Source: Candidatus Latescibacterota bacterium
Lineage (GTDB): Bacteria; Latescibacterota; UBA2968; UBA8231
Assembly (NCBI GenBank): GCA_965197905.1
Contig: CBDAOB010000003.1
Location: forward strand, 416,001-480,000
Length of the DNA: 64,000 nt
Reading direction: 5' to 3'
A model generated the notes under the pieces. The model did no database searches. It had not been told where the DNA came from and was given only the letters and a program-made list of their open reading frames with translations. A program made the position numbers and the translations under genes. How positions within the stretch are numbered: position 1 is the stretch's first letter; the number at the start of each line of letters is the position of its first letter. Positions 33,697 to 44,434 of the stretch are shown here, piece after piece.

Positions 33697-34824
33697 ATGA
33701 AACTAAACACTAGGCTTAAAAGAGTTTTATGTGGACTTGGATTGTTGGTCTCAATCGTTGTGGTGGGAATAGGACTGATTTTAAATAGCGCCCCTTTTGG
33801 TGGTAAAATCTCAGGTATACGCTTAGAACGGATCAAGGCAAACCCACACTATGAAAAGGGCGAATTCGTCAATGTAGAGCCTCAGACCCCGATGGAAGTT
33901 ACCTGGGATTCCGTTAAAGAGCAATTTTTCGGTGACCCGCTTCGAACGCCACAAGCACCCATTCCAGTCATCGAGATCGAACCTGAAACACTAGAAACCC
34001 CTCCCAAGCAAGGTTTGAGGGCGATGTGGATTGGTCATGCCGGTGTCCTCATCGAAATTGATGGTCACCGCTTTCTAATTGATCCTGTATTCTCAGAATA
34101 CGCCTCTCCTTTTGATTATATTGGGCCTAAGCGTTTCCATCCTCCGCCCGTTGCTCTAAAGGACTTAATCAATATTGATGCGGTCATGATTTCTCACGAC
34201 CACTATGATCACCTAGATATGTCCACTATAGAGCATCTGTCCCCACAGGGAACTCTATTTTTTGTGCCTCTAGGAATTGGAGCCCATTTAGAGAGGTGGG
34301 ATGTTCCTGATTCTCAGATTTTCGAACTTGAATGGTGGGAAGTCCAAAAATTGGGAAGCTTAACAATTGTATGTACGCCCAATCGTCATTATTCTGGCCG
34401 AGGCCTGTTCGATTATAAGGCTACGTTATGGTCTTCTTGGTCAGTGCTTGGCCCTGAGCACCGATTTTTCTTCAGCGGGGATACAGGCTACTCTAAGCTC
34501 TTTCAAGAAATTGGTGATAAATTCGGCCCATTTGATTTAAGCATCATCAAGGTCGGAGCTTACGGCCCAGGTGCCTCGTGGTTGGACATCCACATGACCC
34601 CCGAAGATGCCATCAAGGTCCACTTGGAAATTCGAGGAAAGCGCATGCTGCCGGTTCATTGGGCTACATTCGACATGGCCCTTCACCCTTGGGACGAACC
34701 AATTAAACGAGCCCTAGTTGCTGCAGAAGAAAACAATGTCGAATTGGTGACGCCTCGTATTGGAGACGTGGTTGCAACAGGACAGCCTTTTAGTTCCACC
34801 AATTGGTGGGAGCGCGTGAAATAG
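33697..34824 (+). CDS. MBL-fold metallo-hydrolase (NAPE-PLD/RomA-like) with N-terminal TM
   Basis: WIGHA, ISHDHYDHLD, HYSGR, FSGDTGY, PVHWATF. Confidence 0.9.
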   Translation: MKLNTRLKRVLCGLGLLVSIVVVGIGLILNSAPFGGKISGIRLERIKANPHYEKGEFVNVEPQTPMEVTWDSVKEQFFGDPLRTPQAPIPVIEIEPETLETPPKQGLRAMWIGHAGVLIEIDGHRFLIDPVFSEYASPFDYIGPKRFHPPPVALKDLINIDAVMISHDHYDHLDMSTIEHLSPQGTLFFVPLGIGAHLERWDVPDSQIFELEWWEVQKLGSLTIVCTPNRHYSGRGLFDYKATLWSSWSVLGPEHRFFFSGDTGYSKLFQEIGDKFGPFDLSIIKVGAYGPGASWLDIHMTPEDAIKVHLEIRGKRMLPVHWATFDMALHPWDEPIKRALVAAEENNVELVTPRIGDVVATGQPFSSTNWWERVK

Positions 34825-34991
34825 ATTAATGTAACGAAATTCACACCTAGGCATTCGGCTTTCCGAAGAGACATCGCAGGCTCGAGCGCTCGCCGAAATA
34901 TTGGCTCGAATCAAACGTTTACGTTATTACTTACTAAAGAATTCCGGTGAACACCGTTGGCATCTTGATCCCACTCTTCTAGTCCCTTGAT

Positions 34992-35920
34992 ATGAATGCT
35001 CTCTTTTTTCACGAACACGGCGACGCCGATGTACTGATGTACGGAGACGTGCCCGAGCCGCAAGCGGCTGCCCTGGAGTGTGTCGTTCGATTGCGGGCGG
35101 CCGCCTTAAACCATCTGGACGTATGGGTGCGACGAGGATGGCCTGGCCTCAAGCTCGCCCTGCCCCACATCGGTGGAGCGGATGGCGCGGGTGAGATCGT
35201 AGCCGTCGGTACAGAGGTGGAGGAGTTCCGCGAGGGCATGCGGGTAGCCATCTGTCCCGGTTTTGCCACCGGCGACGATGAATTCACCCGGCGCGACGAG
35301 GCCCCCCTGAGTCCGTCGTACCGCATTTTGGGCGAGCACACGACAGGCACCTTTGCCGAATGTTGGTGACCCAGGCCGGCCTTAAGCGGGGGGAGACCGT
35401 GCTGCTTGTTGGCACGGGTGGCGGGGTAAACACAGCAGCACTTCAGATTGCGAAACAAATAGATGCTAGCGTGATCGCTTTGACTAGCTCAGACCGCAAA
35501 ATGAATCAGGCCCGCGAGTTGGGGGCCAATCACGTCCTTGACTACAATGCCGGCGACTGGGTGAAAAGAATCAAGGAACTAACCAATCGTCGAGGAGCTG
35601 ATATTGTAGTGGACAATGTTGGGCAAGCCACTCTACAAAAGAGTTTGGAAGCAGCCTGCCGCGGCGGGCGCATCGTAATTGTAGGAAACACGACGGGGCC
35701 AAAGGCCGAGATTGATATTCGCTACATCTTCTCTAAGCAGCTACGCGTAATTGGGTCGACCATGGGTACCTTGCACGAGTTCCGCAGTGTGATGCAATTG
35801 GTATGGAGGGGTGAGCTTCAGCCAATCATAGACCGGGTGCTCCCTCTCAGCGATGGGGGAGAGGCACACAAGGTGATGGAACGAGGAGAACAGTTTGGCA
35901 AAATTGTATTATCTGTTTGA
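34992..35920 (+). pseudogene. MDR-family alcohol dehydrogenase/quinone oxidoreductase with internal deletion and frameshift at ~35360
   Basis: ALNHLDVW..G, G.DGAG, GTFAE joined directly to MLVTQAGLKRGETVLLVGTGGGV; the usual ~30-35 aa linker is absent. Confidence 0.8.
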
Positions 35921-35988
35921 ACGTGAAATATGGATAGAGAAGTCGTTCTGGTGACGTTGCCGCTTATATCGTGAAGCCGAATACACCG

Positions 35989-36906
35989 ATGGCAAACCCG
36001 GAAACCGAACGCGTTGAAAAAATGCTGCGGGAGCACGACTACGTCGCTGATCCCGCCATCTCCATGTCCATCCACCTGGCCCGGTTGCTGAACAAACCGC
36101 TCCTGGTCGAAGGGCCTGCCGGTGTCGGCAAGACCGAGATAGCCAAGGTGATGGCGCGCGCACTCGGGACGGACCTGATCCGACTGCAGTGCTACGAAGG
36201 CCTGGACACGAGCACGGCGCTGTACGAATGGAACTACCAGCGCCAACTGCTACAGATCCGCCTCGAAGAAGGTGGCGACCGCTCCGTCGACGAGCGTCAG
36301 TCGCACATTTTCAGCGAGTCGTTTCTGCTCAAGCGGCCGTTGCTCGAGGCGATCACGAAGCAGCGGTCACCGGTGCTGCTCATTGACGAACTGGATCGCG
36401 CCGACGAGGAGTTCGAGAGCTTCTTGCTCGAACTGCTGTCCGACTGGCAGATCACCATCCCCGAGATCGGTACCATCGCGGCGACGTGCGTCCCCCACGT
36501 GGTCATCACCTCGAATCGCACCCGCGAGCTCTCGGACGCCATTCGCCGACGCTGCCTCTATCTGTGGATCGATTATCCCGATTTCGACAAAGAGCTGGCA
36601 ATCGTTCGCAGCAAGGTCGACGGTCTCGATGCACAGTTGGGCGAGCAGATCTGTCGCTTCATGGAGTCCGTCCGACACCAGAAGCTGGAGAAGGTGCCGG
36701 GTATCGCGGAGACGCTCGACTGGGCCAAGGCCCTCGTCGCCCTGCACCGCAACCATCTCGATGCAGACGTCGTGGAAGAAACCCTCGGCGTCGTCTTCAA
36801 AGACTGGACCGACGTGCGTCAGATGAAGACCTCCCTCGCCGAATTCCTCGAGGGGCTGGGCATCCGACCCAAAAGCGCACTAGCAGAAGCCGCAGATGGA
36901 GAATAA
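35989..36906 (+). CDS. coxD: MoxR-type AAA+ ATPase, CoxD
   Basis: LLVEGPAGVGKT, RLQCYEGLD...ALYEWNY.RQLL, LLIDELDRAD, TSNRTREL. Confidence 0.9.
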   Translation: MANPETERVEKMLREHDYVADPAISMSIHLARLLNKPLLVEGPAGVGKTEIAKVMARALGTDLIRLQCYEGLDTSTALYEWNYQRQLLQIRLEEGGDRSVDERQSHIFSESFLLKRPLLEAITKQRSPVLLIDELDRADEEFESFLLELLSDWQITIPEIGTIAATCVPHVVITSNRTRELSDAIRRRCLYLWIDYPDFDKELAIVRSKVDGLDAQLGEQICRFMESVRHQKLEKVPGIAETLDWAKALVALHRNHLDADVVEETLGVVFKDWTDVRQMKTSLAEFLEGLGIRPKSALAEAADGE

Positions 36907-38269
36907 CTGGTCTCAGAACCTGGCAGGGGCCGACGATCTGGCCTTTCGCGGGGAATTGAGCTCGAATGTCGTTGGTTTTTGCCGGCTGCTGCGTCGAGAA
37001 GGGTCTGGCGTGGGTTCGGCTGAAGCGGCAGATGCATTGCGGGCGTTGGAGACCGTTGATCTGGGTGAGGAGAGCCAGTTCTGCGCGGCGATGCGCGCCT
37101 GCCTCGCCAAGAGTCAGCGCGAGCTGGAGATATTCGACGCCCGTTTCAGCTCGTATTGGAAGGTGTGGCATCGTGCCGGTGAGCTCTTGCGCGGAGAAGC
37201 CCAAACAGAGGAAAATGCGAACACAGAGATGCCGCCCCCCTTGGCTCCGCAGCGACAACCTGCGCTCAAGTCCGTGACCGCCTGGCTCAAGGGTGAGAAG
37301 AACACCGAAGAGGAGGAGACGGCAGGCTACAGCCCGTTCGAAGTCCTGACACAGCGGGACTTCTCCGGCTTTCGCGCCGACGAGCTGGACGAGATCGCGC
37401 GCCTCGTCATGCTCATAGCCAGACAACTGGCCAAACGCTTCAACCGGCGCTATCGCGACAGCGCTCGCGGCGACAAGCTTGATGTCAGACGGACACTGAG
37501 GCGCAATCTGCGGCGCGGGGGCGAGTTGATCGACTTGAGCTTTCGCCGTCGCCGCCGCCGCAAGCTCAAGCTTGTGTTGCTGTGTGACGTCAGCCGCTCG
37601 ATGGACCTCTACAGCAGTTTCCTGATCCAATTCGTCTACGCCTTCCAGCTCGCCTATCGACGCGTTGAGACCTTCGCTTTCAGCACCTCGCTGCGCTGCA
37701 TTTCGGACACCCTCGACGGCGAGGATCTCGACGATGTGCTGGCGGCTCTTTCCCGCGACGTTCCACAGTGGTCGGGCGGTACGCGGATCGGCGTCTCGTT
37801 GCAGTCGTTTCTCGATGAGTACGGCGATTCGCTGCTCGATAACCAGACCGCCGTCATCGTGCTCAGTGACGGCTGGGACACGGGAGACATCGAGATTCTG
37901 CGCGATGCAATGCGCGATATCCATAGGCGGTCGCTTGCCGTCGTGTGGTTAAATCCGCTCCTCGGCTCCGAGGACTATCGGCCGGATACGAGAGGGATGC
38001 AGGCGGCGCTGCCGCACGTGGACGTCTTTGCACCGGCGCACAACGCCGCGAGCTTGAAAGAGCTGGCCACCATCATCGGACGCATTCACACCGGCAGGGT
38101 GCCGGAGCGTTTCGGCCTGTACGATCGCGAGGACCTGACGTTGGGCGAGGTGGTGAGTGTCGAAGAAACCCCCAGGCGACCGACCTCCGCCGACAATCTG
38201 AAAGCGCTGGCAAGGCAAAGGCAGGAGCAACGGGAGATTGCCGGCCGCGGAGGGCACGCTTCGCTCTGA
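36896..38269 (+). CDS. coxE: VWA-domain protein CoxE
   Basis: LLCDVSRSM, FAFSTSL, WSGGTRIG, VLSDGWD, WLNPL. Confidence 0.9.
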   Translation: MENNWSQNLAGADDLAFRGELSSNVVGFCRLLRREGSGVGSAEAADALRALETVDLGEESQFCAAMRACLAKSQRELEIFDARFSSYWKVWHRAGELLRGEAQTEENANTEMPPPLAPQRQPALKSVTAWLKGEKNTEEEETAGYSPFEVLTQRDFSGFRADELDEIARLVMLIARQLAKRFNRRYRDSARGDKLDVRRTLRRNLRRGGELIDLSFRRRRRRKLKLVLLCDVSRSMDLYSSFLIQFVYAFQLAYRRVETFAFSTSLRCISDTLDGEDLDDVLAALSRDVPQWSGGTRIGVSLQSFLDEYGDSLLDNQTAVIVLSDGWDTGDIEILRDAMRDIHRRSLAVVWLNPLLGSEDYRPDTRGMQAALPHVDVFAPAHNAASLKELATIIGRIHTGRVPERFGLYDREDLTLGEVVSVEETPRRPTSADNLKALARQRQEQREIAGRGGHASL

Positions 38270-38335
38270 CGCCCGTGGTTTTCGATTTGAATCCGTTTTG
38301 GACCCAGGCTCAATTCTACTGATGTGTTGTTGCGA

Positions 38336-38935
38336 TTACGGCCTGAGGTCGCGGTATGTCTGTGGCGTGTCGACGTCGGTCAGGATTCCAGCGTTGTCAG
38401 CACCTACCTCGACGACCCACTTTGGGTGAGCGTCAATGACCGGCCTGGCGCCGCGGTCACCCGATAACGACAACAACTCATCGCGAAGACCTCTTCCGAA
38501 CAACACCGGATGACCTCGCTGGCCATCCTTCACCGGGAGGACGATAGTTTCGGGACCCGCTTCGACCATGCGTTCGCAGAGGCCAGTGACTGTCTTCTCG
38601 TCGATCTCGGGCATGTCGCCGAGAGCGACGAGATAGCCGCTTACAGTCGTAGCACAGGTTTCGATGCCGCGGCGCAGCGACGATGCCATGCCCTTGTCGA
38701 ACCGCTCGTTGACCACTGCGTGGACGGGATAGCCGCGTAGCGCCGTTTCCACTTGTTCGCTCTGGTGTCCCACGACCACGACCACCTCGTGCAGCGACGC
38801 GGCAACCAGGGTCTCGACGACCGTTTCGATAATGCGCTTGCCCCGCCAGGGCAGCAACAGCTTGTTCTCCGCTCCCATGCGGCTCGAGCGACCGGCGGCG
38901 AGAACGACAGCTGAGATCTGATATGATTCTGACAA
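38336..38935 (-). CDS. mocA: Molybdenum cofactor cytidylyltransferase
   Basis: VLAAGRSSRMG.NKLL, GMASSL, LGDMP, GHPVLF, GDRGAR, DVDTP. Confidence 0.85.
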   Translation of the reverse strand: MSESYQISAVVLAAGRSSRMGAENKLLLPWRGKRIIETVVETLVAASLHEVVVVVGHQSEQVETALRGYPVHAVVNERFDKGMASSLRRGIETCATTVSGYLVALGDMPEIDEKTVTGLCERMVEAGPETIVLPVKDGQRGHPVLFGRGLRDELLSLSGDRGARPVIDAHPKWVVEVGADNAGILTDVDTPQTYRDLRP

Positions 38936-38943
38936 AAGCGGAG

Positions 38944-39987
38944 TTATGTAGAACCTGAGCGCCTCACGGCGATCACTTCAGCCATGATGCTGAGCGCGAT
39001 CTCTGCCGGGGTCTCGGCGCCGATGTCGAGGCCGACAGGCCCTTTGATGAGGTCGATTGCGTCATCTGAAAACCCCGCTTCCTGCAGCCGAACGCGACGC
39101 TTGGTGTGGGATTTGCGACCCCCCAGCGCGCCTATGTAGGCCACCGGCGCTTTGAGGAAGAAGTGCAGGGCTTCATCGTCGATTTTGGGGTCGTGACTGA
39201 GAACGATGCAGTAGCTGTCTTCGTTGAGGTCCCATTCCGACAGGACCGCCCGCGGCCATTTCGGGTGCAGTTGCGTCGGCTGCACCGGAAACCGCTCGGG
39301 CTTGGCAAACACCTCGCGGGGATCGATGACAACGGTGTCCAGATTGAGGAGATGCGCGTATTGCACCAGTGGTAGAGCGATGTGCCCCGCCCCTATGATG
39401 AGCAGTTGCCCGCGCCGCGGAAACACATGCGCGAAGACCGCCTCCCCCTCCAACTGGGTTACCTCGCTCTCACGCCGCTCGTACGCGGCGACCGCCGCCG
39501 ACTTCGCGCTCTCCGTGGCGGCACCCCAGTCTCCGATGACTTTACCGTCGGGCGATACGAGCAGGTGTGGTGTCGCTGCCGCGCCCAACCGGGTCAGGAG
39601 TATCGCCGGTCGATTGGACTCGACCCGCGCTCGCAACGCCTCCCAGACCTTGCCGCTGGTGTACCCACTCGATTGCGGGAGGTGTCTCTCGACGAACACC
39701 GAGACCTCTCCTCCGCACGTCAGGCCTACGGACCACGCCGCCTCGTCGTCTACACCGTAGGACAGCTTCTTCGGAATCCCCGTCGCCAGCACTTGCAGCG
39801 CTTCTTCGATCACCGCTCCCTCGATGCAGCCGCCACTGACCGAGCCGGCAATTCGCATGGAGTCATCGACGATCATGGCCGACCCCACGGCTTGTGGTGA
39901 CGAGCCCCAGGTCTCGACGACACGCGCCAGGGCAAACGGCCTTCCATCCCCGTTCCACTCGATCAGCTCGCTCCAGATGTCTCGCAT
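38944..39987 (-). CDS. xdhC: XdhC/CoxF molybdoenzyme maturation factor
   Basis: TWGSSP, GSVSGGCIE, VGLTCGG, HDPKIDD, YIGALG, GPVGLDIGAETPAEIA; start at MRDIW. Confidence 0.9.
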   Translation of the reverse strand: MRDIWSELIEWNGDGRPFALARVVETWGSSPQAVGSAMIVDDSMRIAGSVSGGCIEGAVIEEALQVLATGIPKKLSYGVDDEAAWSVGLTCGGEVSVFVERHLPQSSGYTSGKVWEALRARVESNRPAILLTRLGAAATPHLLVSPDGKVIGDWGAATESAKSAAVAAYERRESEVTQLEGEAVFAHVFPRRGQLLIIGAGHIALPLVQYAHLLNLDTVVIDPREVFAKPERFPVQPTQLHPKWPRAVLSEWDLNEDSYCIVLSHDPKIDDEALHFFLKAPVAYIGALGGRKSHTKRRVRLQEAGFSDDAIDLIKGPVGLDIGAETPAEIALSIMAEVIAVRRSGST

Positions 39988-40165
39988 CACGAATCTCTGC
40001 TTTTCACTTCTATTTGCGTCGATTAAGAGTCGAACGAATATACGCCCGCCACCCGCGATTGACATACCCATATAACATTTATATAGTAGCCCCCTCGCAA
40101 CGTCCGCGGCTTCGGCCCCCTCAAGACCGTCGGCGCGAGGACGCTTCACGACAAGGACAGGCGGA

Positions 40166-40600
40166 TTGCATTTCGAAGGCAGCCACAAGCTCGAAGCAGA
40201 CGCAGAGTCGATCTGGAAGCTCCTCACCGATCCCGACGTAATCAGCCGCTGCACGCCGGGCGTCAAGGAGCTTAAGCCCCTTCAAGAGGACAAGTTCCAG
40301 GCCGTCTTCGACATCAAGATGGGTCCGATTAACAGCAGCTTCGACGGCACCATGGAAATGGCCGACAAAGTGCCGCCACAGCGGTACCGCTTGATCGTCA
40401 ACGTGAACGGCAAGATTGGAACCGTGGCGGCCGAAGGTACCTTCGATCTGGAAGCCCAAAACGGCGCAACGATCGTCTCCTTCGTTGGTGATGGCCAACT
40501 GACGGGTGTGCTCGCCCGCATGGGACAGCGCGTCTTGTCCGGCGTTGCCCGTTTGTTTACAAACCAGTTTTTCAAAGCACTCGAAGACGAGATTCCTTAA
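40166..40600 (+). CDS. coxG: CoxG (SRPBCC) protein
   Basis: W..L.DP..I.RC.PG, G.LARMGQR; TTG start. Confidence 0.85.
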   Translation: MHFEGSHKLEADAESIWKLLTDPDVISRCTPGVKELKPLQEDKFQAVFDIKMGPINSSFDGTMEMADKVPPQRYRLIVNVNGKIGTVAAEGTFDLEAQNGATIVSFVGDGQLTGVLARMGQRVLSGVARLFTNQFFKALEDEIP

Positions 40601-40643
40601 CCGGCTCCGGTTGGCACCGGAGTTCCCACGGGAGGTACACTCA

Positions 40644-41105
40644 ATGGCCGTACCGATTGAAGTAACCGTTAACGGGCAGACCCACCAACACGAGGTGGAG
40701 CCCCGAACCTTGCTCGTCAGCTACCTGCGTGAAATACTGGGACTCACCGGAACGCATGTAGGCTGCGATACCAGTAGCTGTGGCGCCTGCACCATCGTCG
40801 TCGATGGGCGGGCGGTAAAATCCTGCACTATGCTCGCGGTGCAAGCCGATGGCGCCGAGATCACCACGATCGAGGGGCTGGCCACCAACGGCGATCTCCA
40901 CCCGATCCAGCAGGGGTTCCGCGAGGAGCACGGCTTACAATGCGGATTCTGCACTCCGGGCATGATCATGACCGCGTGGCAGATTCTCGAGGATAATCCC
41001 AAACCGTCCGACGATGAAATCCGGCACGGGCTCGAAGGCAACTTCTGCCGCTGCACGGGTTACGACAACATTGTCCGCGCCGTTCAGCACGCGGCCAAGA
41101 GCTAG
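40644..41105 (+). CDS. coxS: CODH/xanthine dehydrogenase family 2Fe-2S small subunit
   Basis: [36 protein letters not shown]. Confidence 0.93.
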   Translation: MAVPIEVTVNGQTHQHEVEPRTLLVSYLREILGLTGTHVGCDTSSCGACTIVVDGRAVKSCTMLAVQADGAEITTIEGLATNGDLHPIQQGFREEHGLQCGFCTPGMIMTAWQILEDNPKPSDDEIRHGLEGNFCRCTGYDNIVRAVQHAAKS

Positions 41106-41114
41106 GAGGAAGCC

Positions 41115-43481
41115 ATGAGCGTACTCGGACAATCCGTCAAACGCGTAGAAGATCGGAAGTTCATCACGGGTAAGGGCCGCTACACAGACGACATCGTTCT
41201 GCCGCGGATGACCTTCGCCGCTATCGTGCGATCTCCCCACGCGCACGCTGAGATCAAGAGCATCGACGCGTCCGCCGCCGTCGCTGCCGACGGCGTCGTC
41301 GCTGTCTTCAATGGCGAGGAGATGGCCGCAGACGGCGTCGGCGGACTCCCGGTGGGCTGGCAGGTCGATTTCAAGAACGGCGACACCATGCAAGAGCCGC
41401 CGCATCCGCCGCTGGCAGTCGGCAAAGTCCGCCACGTTGGCGACGCAGTCGTTGTCGTCGTCGCCGAGACGCGGGAGCAGGCCAAAGATGCCGCGGAGCT
41501 CGTCAAGGTCGACTACAAACCTCTCGACGCGGTGGCCGACGTCGTCGCGGCGACCAAATCGGGGGCGCCTCAGGTCCACGACGGCGTCGCCAACAACATC
41601 CCCTTCGACTGGGAACTGGGCGACAAAGAAGCCGCCGACAAGGCCATCGAGGGAGCGGCTCACGTCACCTCACTGGAATACGCCAACCAGCGGCTGATTG
41701 CGAATGCCATCGAGCCGCGCTGCGCCATCGGCGACTACGACGACACTCGCGATCACTACACCCTGTACACCTCGTCCCAGAACCCGCACGTCATCCGCCT
41801 GTTGATGTCGGCTTTCGTGATGGGCCTTCCCGAGCACAAGGTACGCGTGGTCTCACCCGATGTCGGCGGCGGTTTCGGCAGCAAAATTTTTCATTACGCG
41901 GAGGAAGTCATCGCCATGTGGTCGTCCAAACGTATCTGTCGCCCGGTGAAGTGGACCGCCGAGCGCAGCGAGAGCTTCGTCACCGATGCCCATGGCCGCG
42001 ACCATTTCACCAAGGCCGAAATGGGCTTCGACAGCGACGGCAACGTCGTTGGCCTGCGCATCGACACGCATGCCAACATGGGGGCCTACTTATCGACCTT
42101 CGGCCCCTGTGTTCCGACCTATCTCTACGGCACCCTGATGCAGGGTCTCTACACGACGCCGGCCGTTCACGTCAACGTCACGGCCGCCTTTACCAACACC
42201 GTTCCGGTGGATGCCCTGCGTGGCGCCGGGCGCCCCGAAGCCACCTACTGTATCGAGCGCCTGATGGATCAGGCGGCGCACGAAATGGGCAAAGACCCGG
42301 CTGAGCTGCGCCGCCAGAACCTCATTCCGGCGTTTGACGGCGTCGAGCAACCCGGGTACGAGACCCAGGTGGCCCTGGTCTACGACAGCGGCAACTATGA
42401 AGCCGTGCTCGACAAGGCCCTCGAGAATTCCGATTACGCCGGTCTTCGCAAGGAGCAGACATCGGCACGTGCAGAAGGTCGCTTGATGGGTATTGGTTTG
42501 TCGACCTACATCGAGGCCTGCGGCATCGCGCCCTCCGCCGTCGTCGGCGCCCTGGGTGCCCGCGCCGGACTTTACGAGAGCGGCACCGTGCGGGTGCAGC
42601 CCACCGGCAAGGTGTCGGTCTTCACCGGCAGCCACTCCCAGGGGCAGGGTCACGACACCACCTTCTCGCAGCTAGTTTCCGACAGCCTAGGTATCCCGAT
42701 GGAAGACATAGAGATCATCCACGGCGACACCGACCAGGTGCCGTTCGGTATGGGCACCTACGGCTCGCGCTCGCTGGCTGTGGGCGGTATGGCGATCACC
42801 ACCAGTCTGGAGAAGGTTAAGGAGAAGGGCGCCAAGATCGCCGCCCACCTGCTCGAAGCGTCCGCAGACGACCTCGAGTACGCCGATGCAGCCTGGACGG
42901 TGAAGGGCACGAACAAGTCAGTCGGCTTCGGGGACGTCGCCCTGACGGCGTACGTGCCACACAACTATCCCGAGGGCCTCGAACCAGGTCTCGAGTTCAC
43001 CAGTTTCTACGATCCGGCGAACTTCACCTTTCCCTACGGCGCTCACATCGCAGTCGTTGAGATCTGTCCCGACACCGGAAAGGTGCAGCTGAAACGCTAT
43101 GTCGCCGTCGACGACGTGGGCAATGTGGTAAACCCGATGATTGTCGATGGACAGCTTCACGGCGGCATTACCCACGGTGTAGGTCAAGCCCTGCTCGAGG
43201 GCGCCCTCTACGACGACAGCGGTCAATTGACCAACGGCTCGTACATGGATTACGCCATGCCTCGCGCCGATGACGTGCCCCGATTTGAGACCGATCGCAC
43301 CGTCACTCCGTGCCCCCACAACACCCTCGGCGTCAAGGGTGTCGGAGAGGCCGGCACTATCGGTTCCACGGCGGCCGTCGTCAACGCCGTCGTCGATGCT
43401 CTTTGGCACCTAGGCGTCCGCGATATTCAGATGCCCTTGACGTCGCAGCGCGTGTGGCAGGCCATTCAGGCAGCGGTATAG
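41115..43481 (+). CDS. coxL: Form II-type CoxL molybdopterin large subunit
   Basis: VGGGFGSK, active-site loop ALRGAGRPEA (form II AYRGAGR type, not form I AYxCSFR), GQGH.T, TYGSRS, KGVGEAG. Confidence 0.9.
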   Translation: MSVLGQSVKRVEDRKFITGKGRYTDDIVLPRMTFAAIVRSPHAHAEIKSIDASAAVAADGVVAVFNGEEMAADGVGGLPVGWQVDFKNGDTMQEPPHPPLAVGKVRHVGDAVVVVVAETREQAKDAAELVKVDYKPLDAVADVVAATKSGAPQVHDGVANNIPFDWELGDKEAADKAIEGAAHVTSLEYANQRLIANAIEPRCAIGDYDDTRDHYTLYTSSQNPHVIRLLMSAFVMGLPEHKVRVVSPDVGGGFGSKIFHYAEEVIAMWSSKRICRPVKWTAERSESFVTDAHGRDHFTKAEMGFDSDGNVVGLRIDTHANMGAYLSTFGPCVPTYLYGTLMQGLYTTPAVHVNVTAAFTNTVPVDALRGAGRPEATYCIERLMDQAAHEMGKDPAELRRQNLIPAFDGVEQPGYETQVALVYDSGNYEAVLDKALENSDYAGLRKEQTSARAEGRLMGIGLSTYIEACGIAPSAVVGALGARAGLYESGTVRVQPTGKVSVFTGSHSQGQGHDTTFSQLVSDSLGIPMEDIEIIHGDTDQVPFGMGTYGSRSLAVGGMAITTSLEKVKEKGAKIAAHLLEASADDLEYADAAWTVKGTNKSVGFGDVALTAYVPHNYPEGLEPGLEFTSFYDPANFTFPYGAHIAVVEICPDTGKVQLKRYVAVDDVGNVVNPMIVDGQLHGGITHGVGQALLEGALYDDSGQLTNGSYMDYAMPRADDVPRFETDRTVTPCPHNTLGVKGVGEAGTIGSTAAVVNAVVDALWHLGVRDIQMPLTSQRVWQAIQAAV

Positions 43482-43493
43482 GAGGATACACAG

Positions 43494-44354
43494 ATGATAC
43501 CTGAAGCATTTGAATACCATCGTCCGTCCACAGTCGACGAAGCGCTGTCTCTGCTCAGTGAGCACGGCGATGACGCCAAGCTGTTGGCCGGCGGCCACAG
43601 TCTACTGCCAGCAATGAAACTGCGTCTCTCGTCACCCGGCCACGTCATCGACATCGGCCGGATCCGCGAACTGCAGCAAATTTCGACTGATGGAGACGAC
43701 GTGGTCATCGGCAGCAGCGCCACCCATCACGACATTGAGTCTTCTGACGTTGTGCAGAGCAATGCCCCCGTTTTTGCCAAAGCGGCCGCGTCGATCGGCG
43801 ACGTGCAGGTCCGGAATATGGGCACTATAGGCGGCAGCCTCGCGCACGCCGATCCGGCGGCCGACTATCCGGCGGCAGTACTGGCGGCAGACGCCCGGAT
43901 TCGCGTCAAGGGTCCTGGTGGCGAGCGTACAATCGCGAGTTCCGACTTTTTCCTCGAGCTTTTCATGACCAGTTTAGCTCCCGATGAGATCGTCGTCGAT
44001 GTCCGCGTTCCGTCCCAAGGCTCGGGAACCGGCTCGGCATATGTGAAGTTTCCCCACCCCGCCTCGCGGTTTGCCGTGTGCGGGTGCGCCGCGTCTGTCA
44101 CCATGAGCGGGGGCAGCTGCAGCGATGTCCGGGTCGGCTTTACCGGCATCGCCAACGCTGCTTTCAGGGATGCAGGAGTAGAAGCCGCCATGAACGGTAG
44201 TCCCGGCGATGCCGCGGCGATCGAGGCGGCAGTAGCCAACGCCGCCGATGGCGCCGAGTTATTGAGTGATTCATTCGCCGGCGAGGACTATCGACGGCAC
44301 CTGGCCAAGGTATTTGCCAGGCATGCTCTGACTGCCGCGGTGGAAGCGGCGTAG
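43494..44354 (+). CDS. coxM: CoxM FAD-binding subunit
   Basis: AKLLAGGHSL.P.MKLR, IGDVQVRN.GTIGGS.AHADPAAD. Confidence 0.92.
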   Translation: MIPEAFEYHRPSTVDEALSLLSEHGDDAKLLAGGHSLLPAMKLRLSSPGHVIDIGRIRELQQISTDGDDVVIGSSATHHDIESSDVVQSNAPVFAKAAASIGDVQVRNMGTIGGSLAHADPAADYPAAVLAADARIRVKGPGGERTIASSDFFLELFMTSLAPDEIVVDVRVPSQGSGTGSAYVKFPHPASRFAVCGCAASVTMSGGSCSDVRVGFTGIANAAFRDAGVEAAMNGSPGDAAAIEAAVANAADGAELLSDSFAGEDYRRHLAKVFARHALTAAVEAA

Positions 44355-44434
44355 AGCATTCGCCAAACCGCGAACACACCGCAGCGGGCGCAGGCGATTT
44401 GCGGTACGACGTCCGCGACTTTGAGCATCAAACT

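Noticed and set aside
35367..35369. TGA after CW as a possible Sec codon
   Set aside because: Explained by an out-of-frame deletion junction in the dehydrogenase
41115..43481. Bona fide form I CO dehydrogenase
   Set aside because: Lacks AYxCSFR and the gene order is S-L-M
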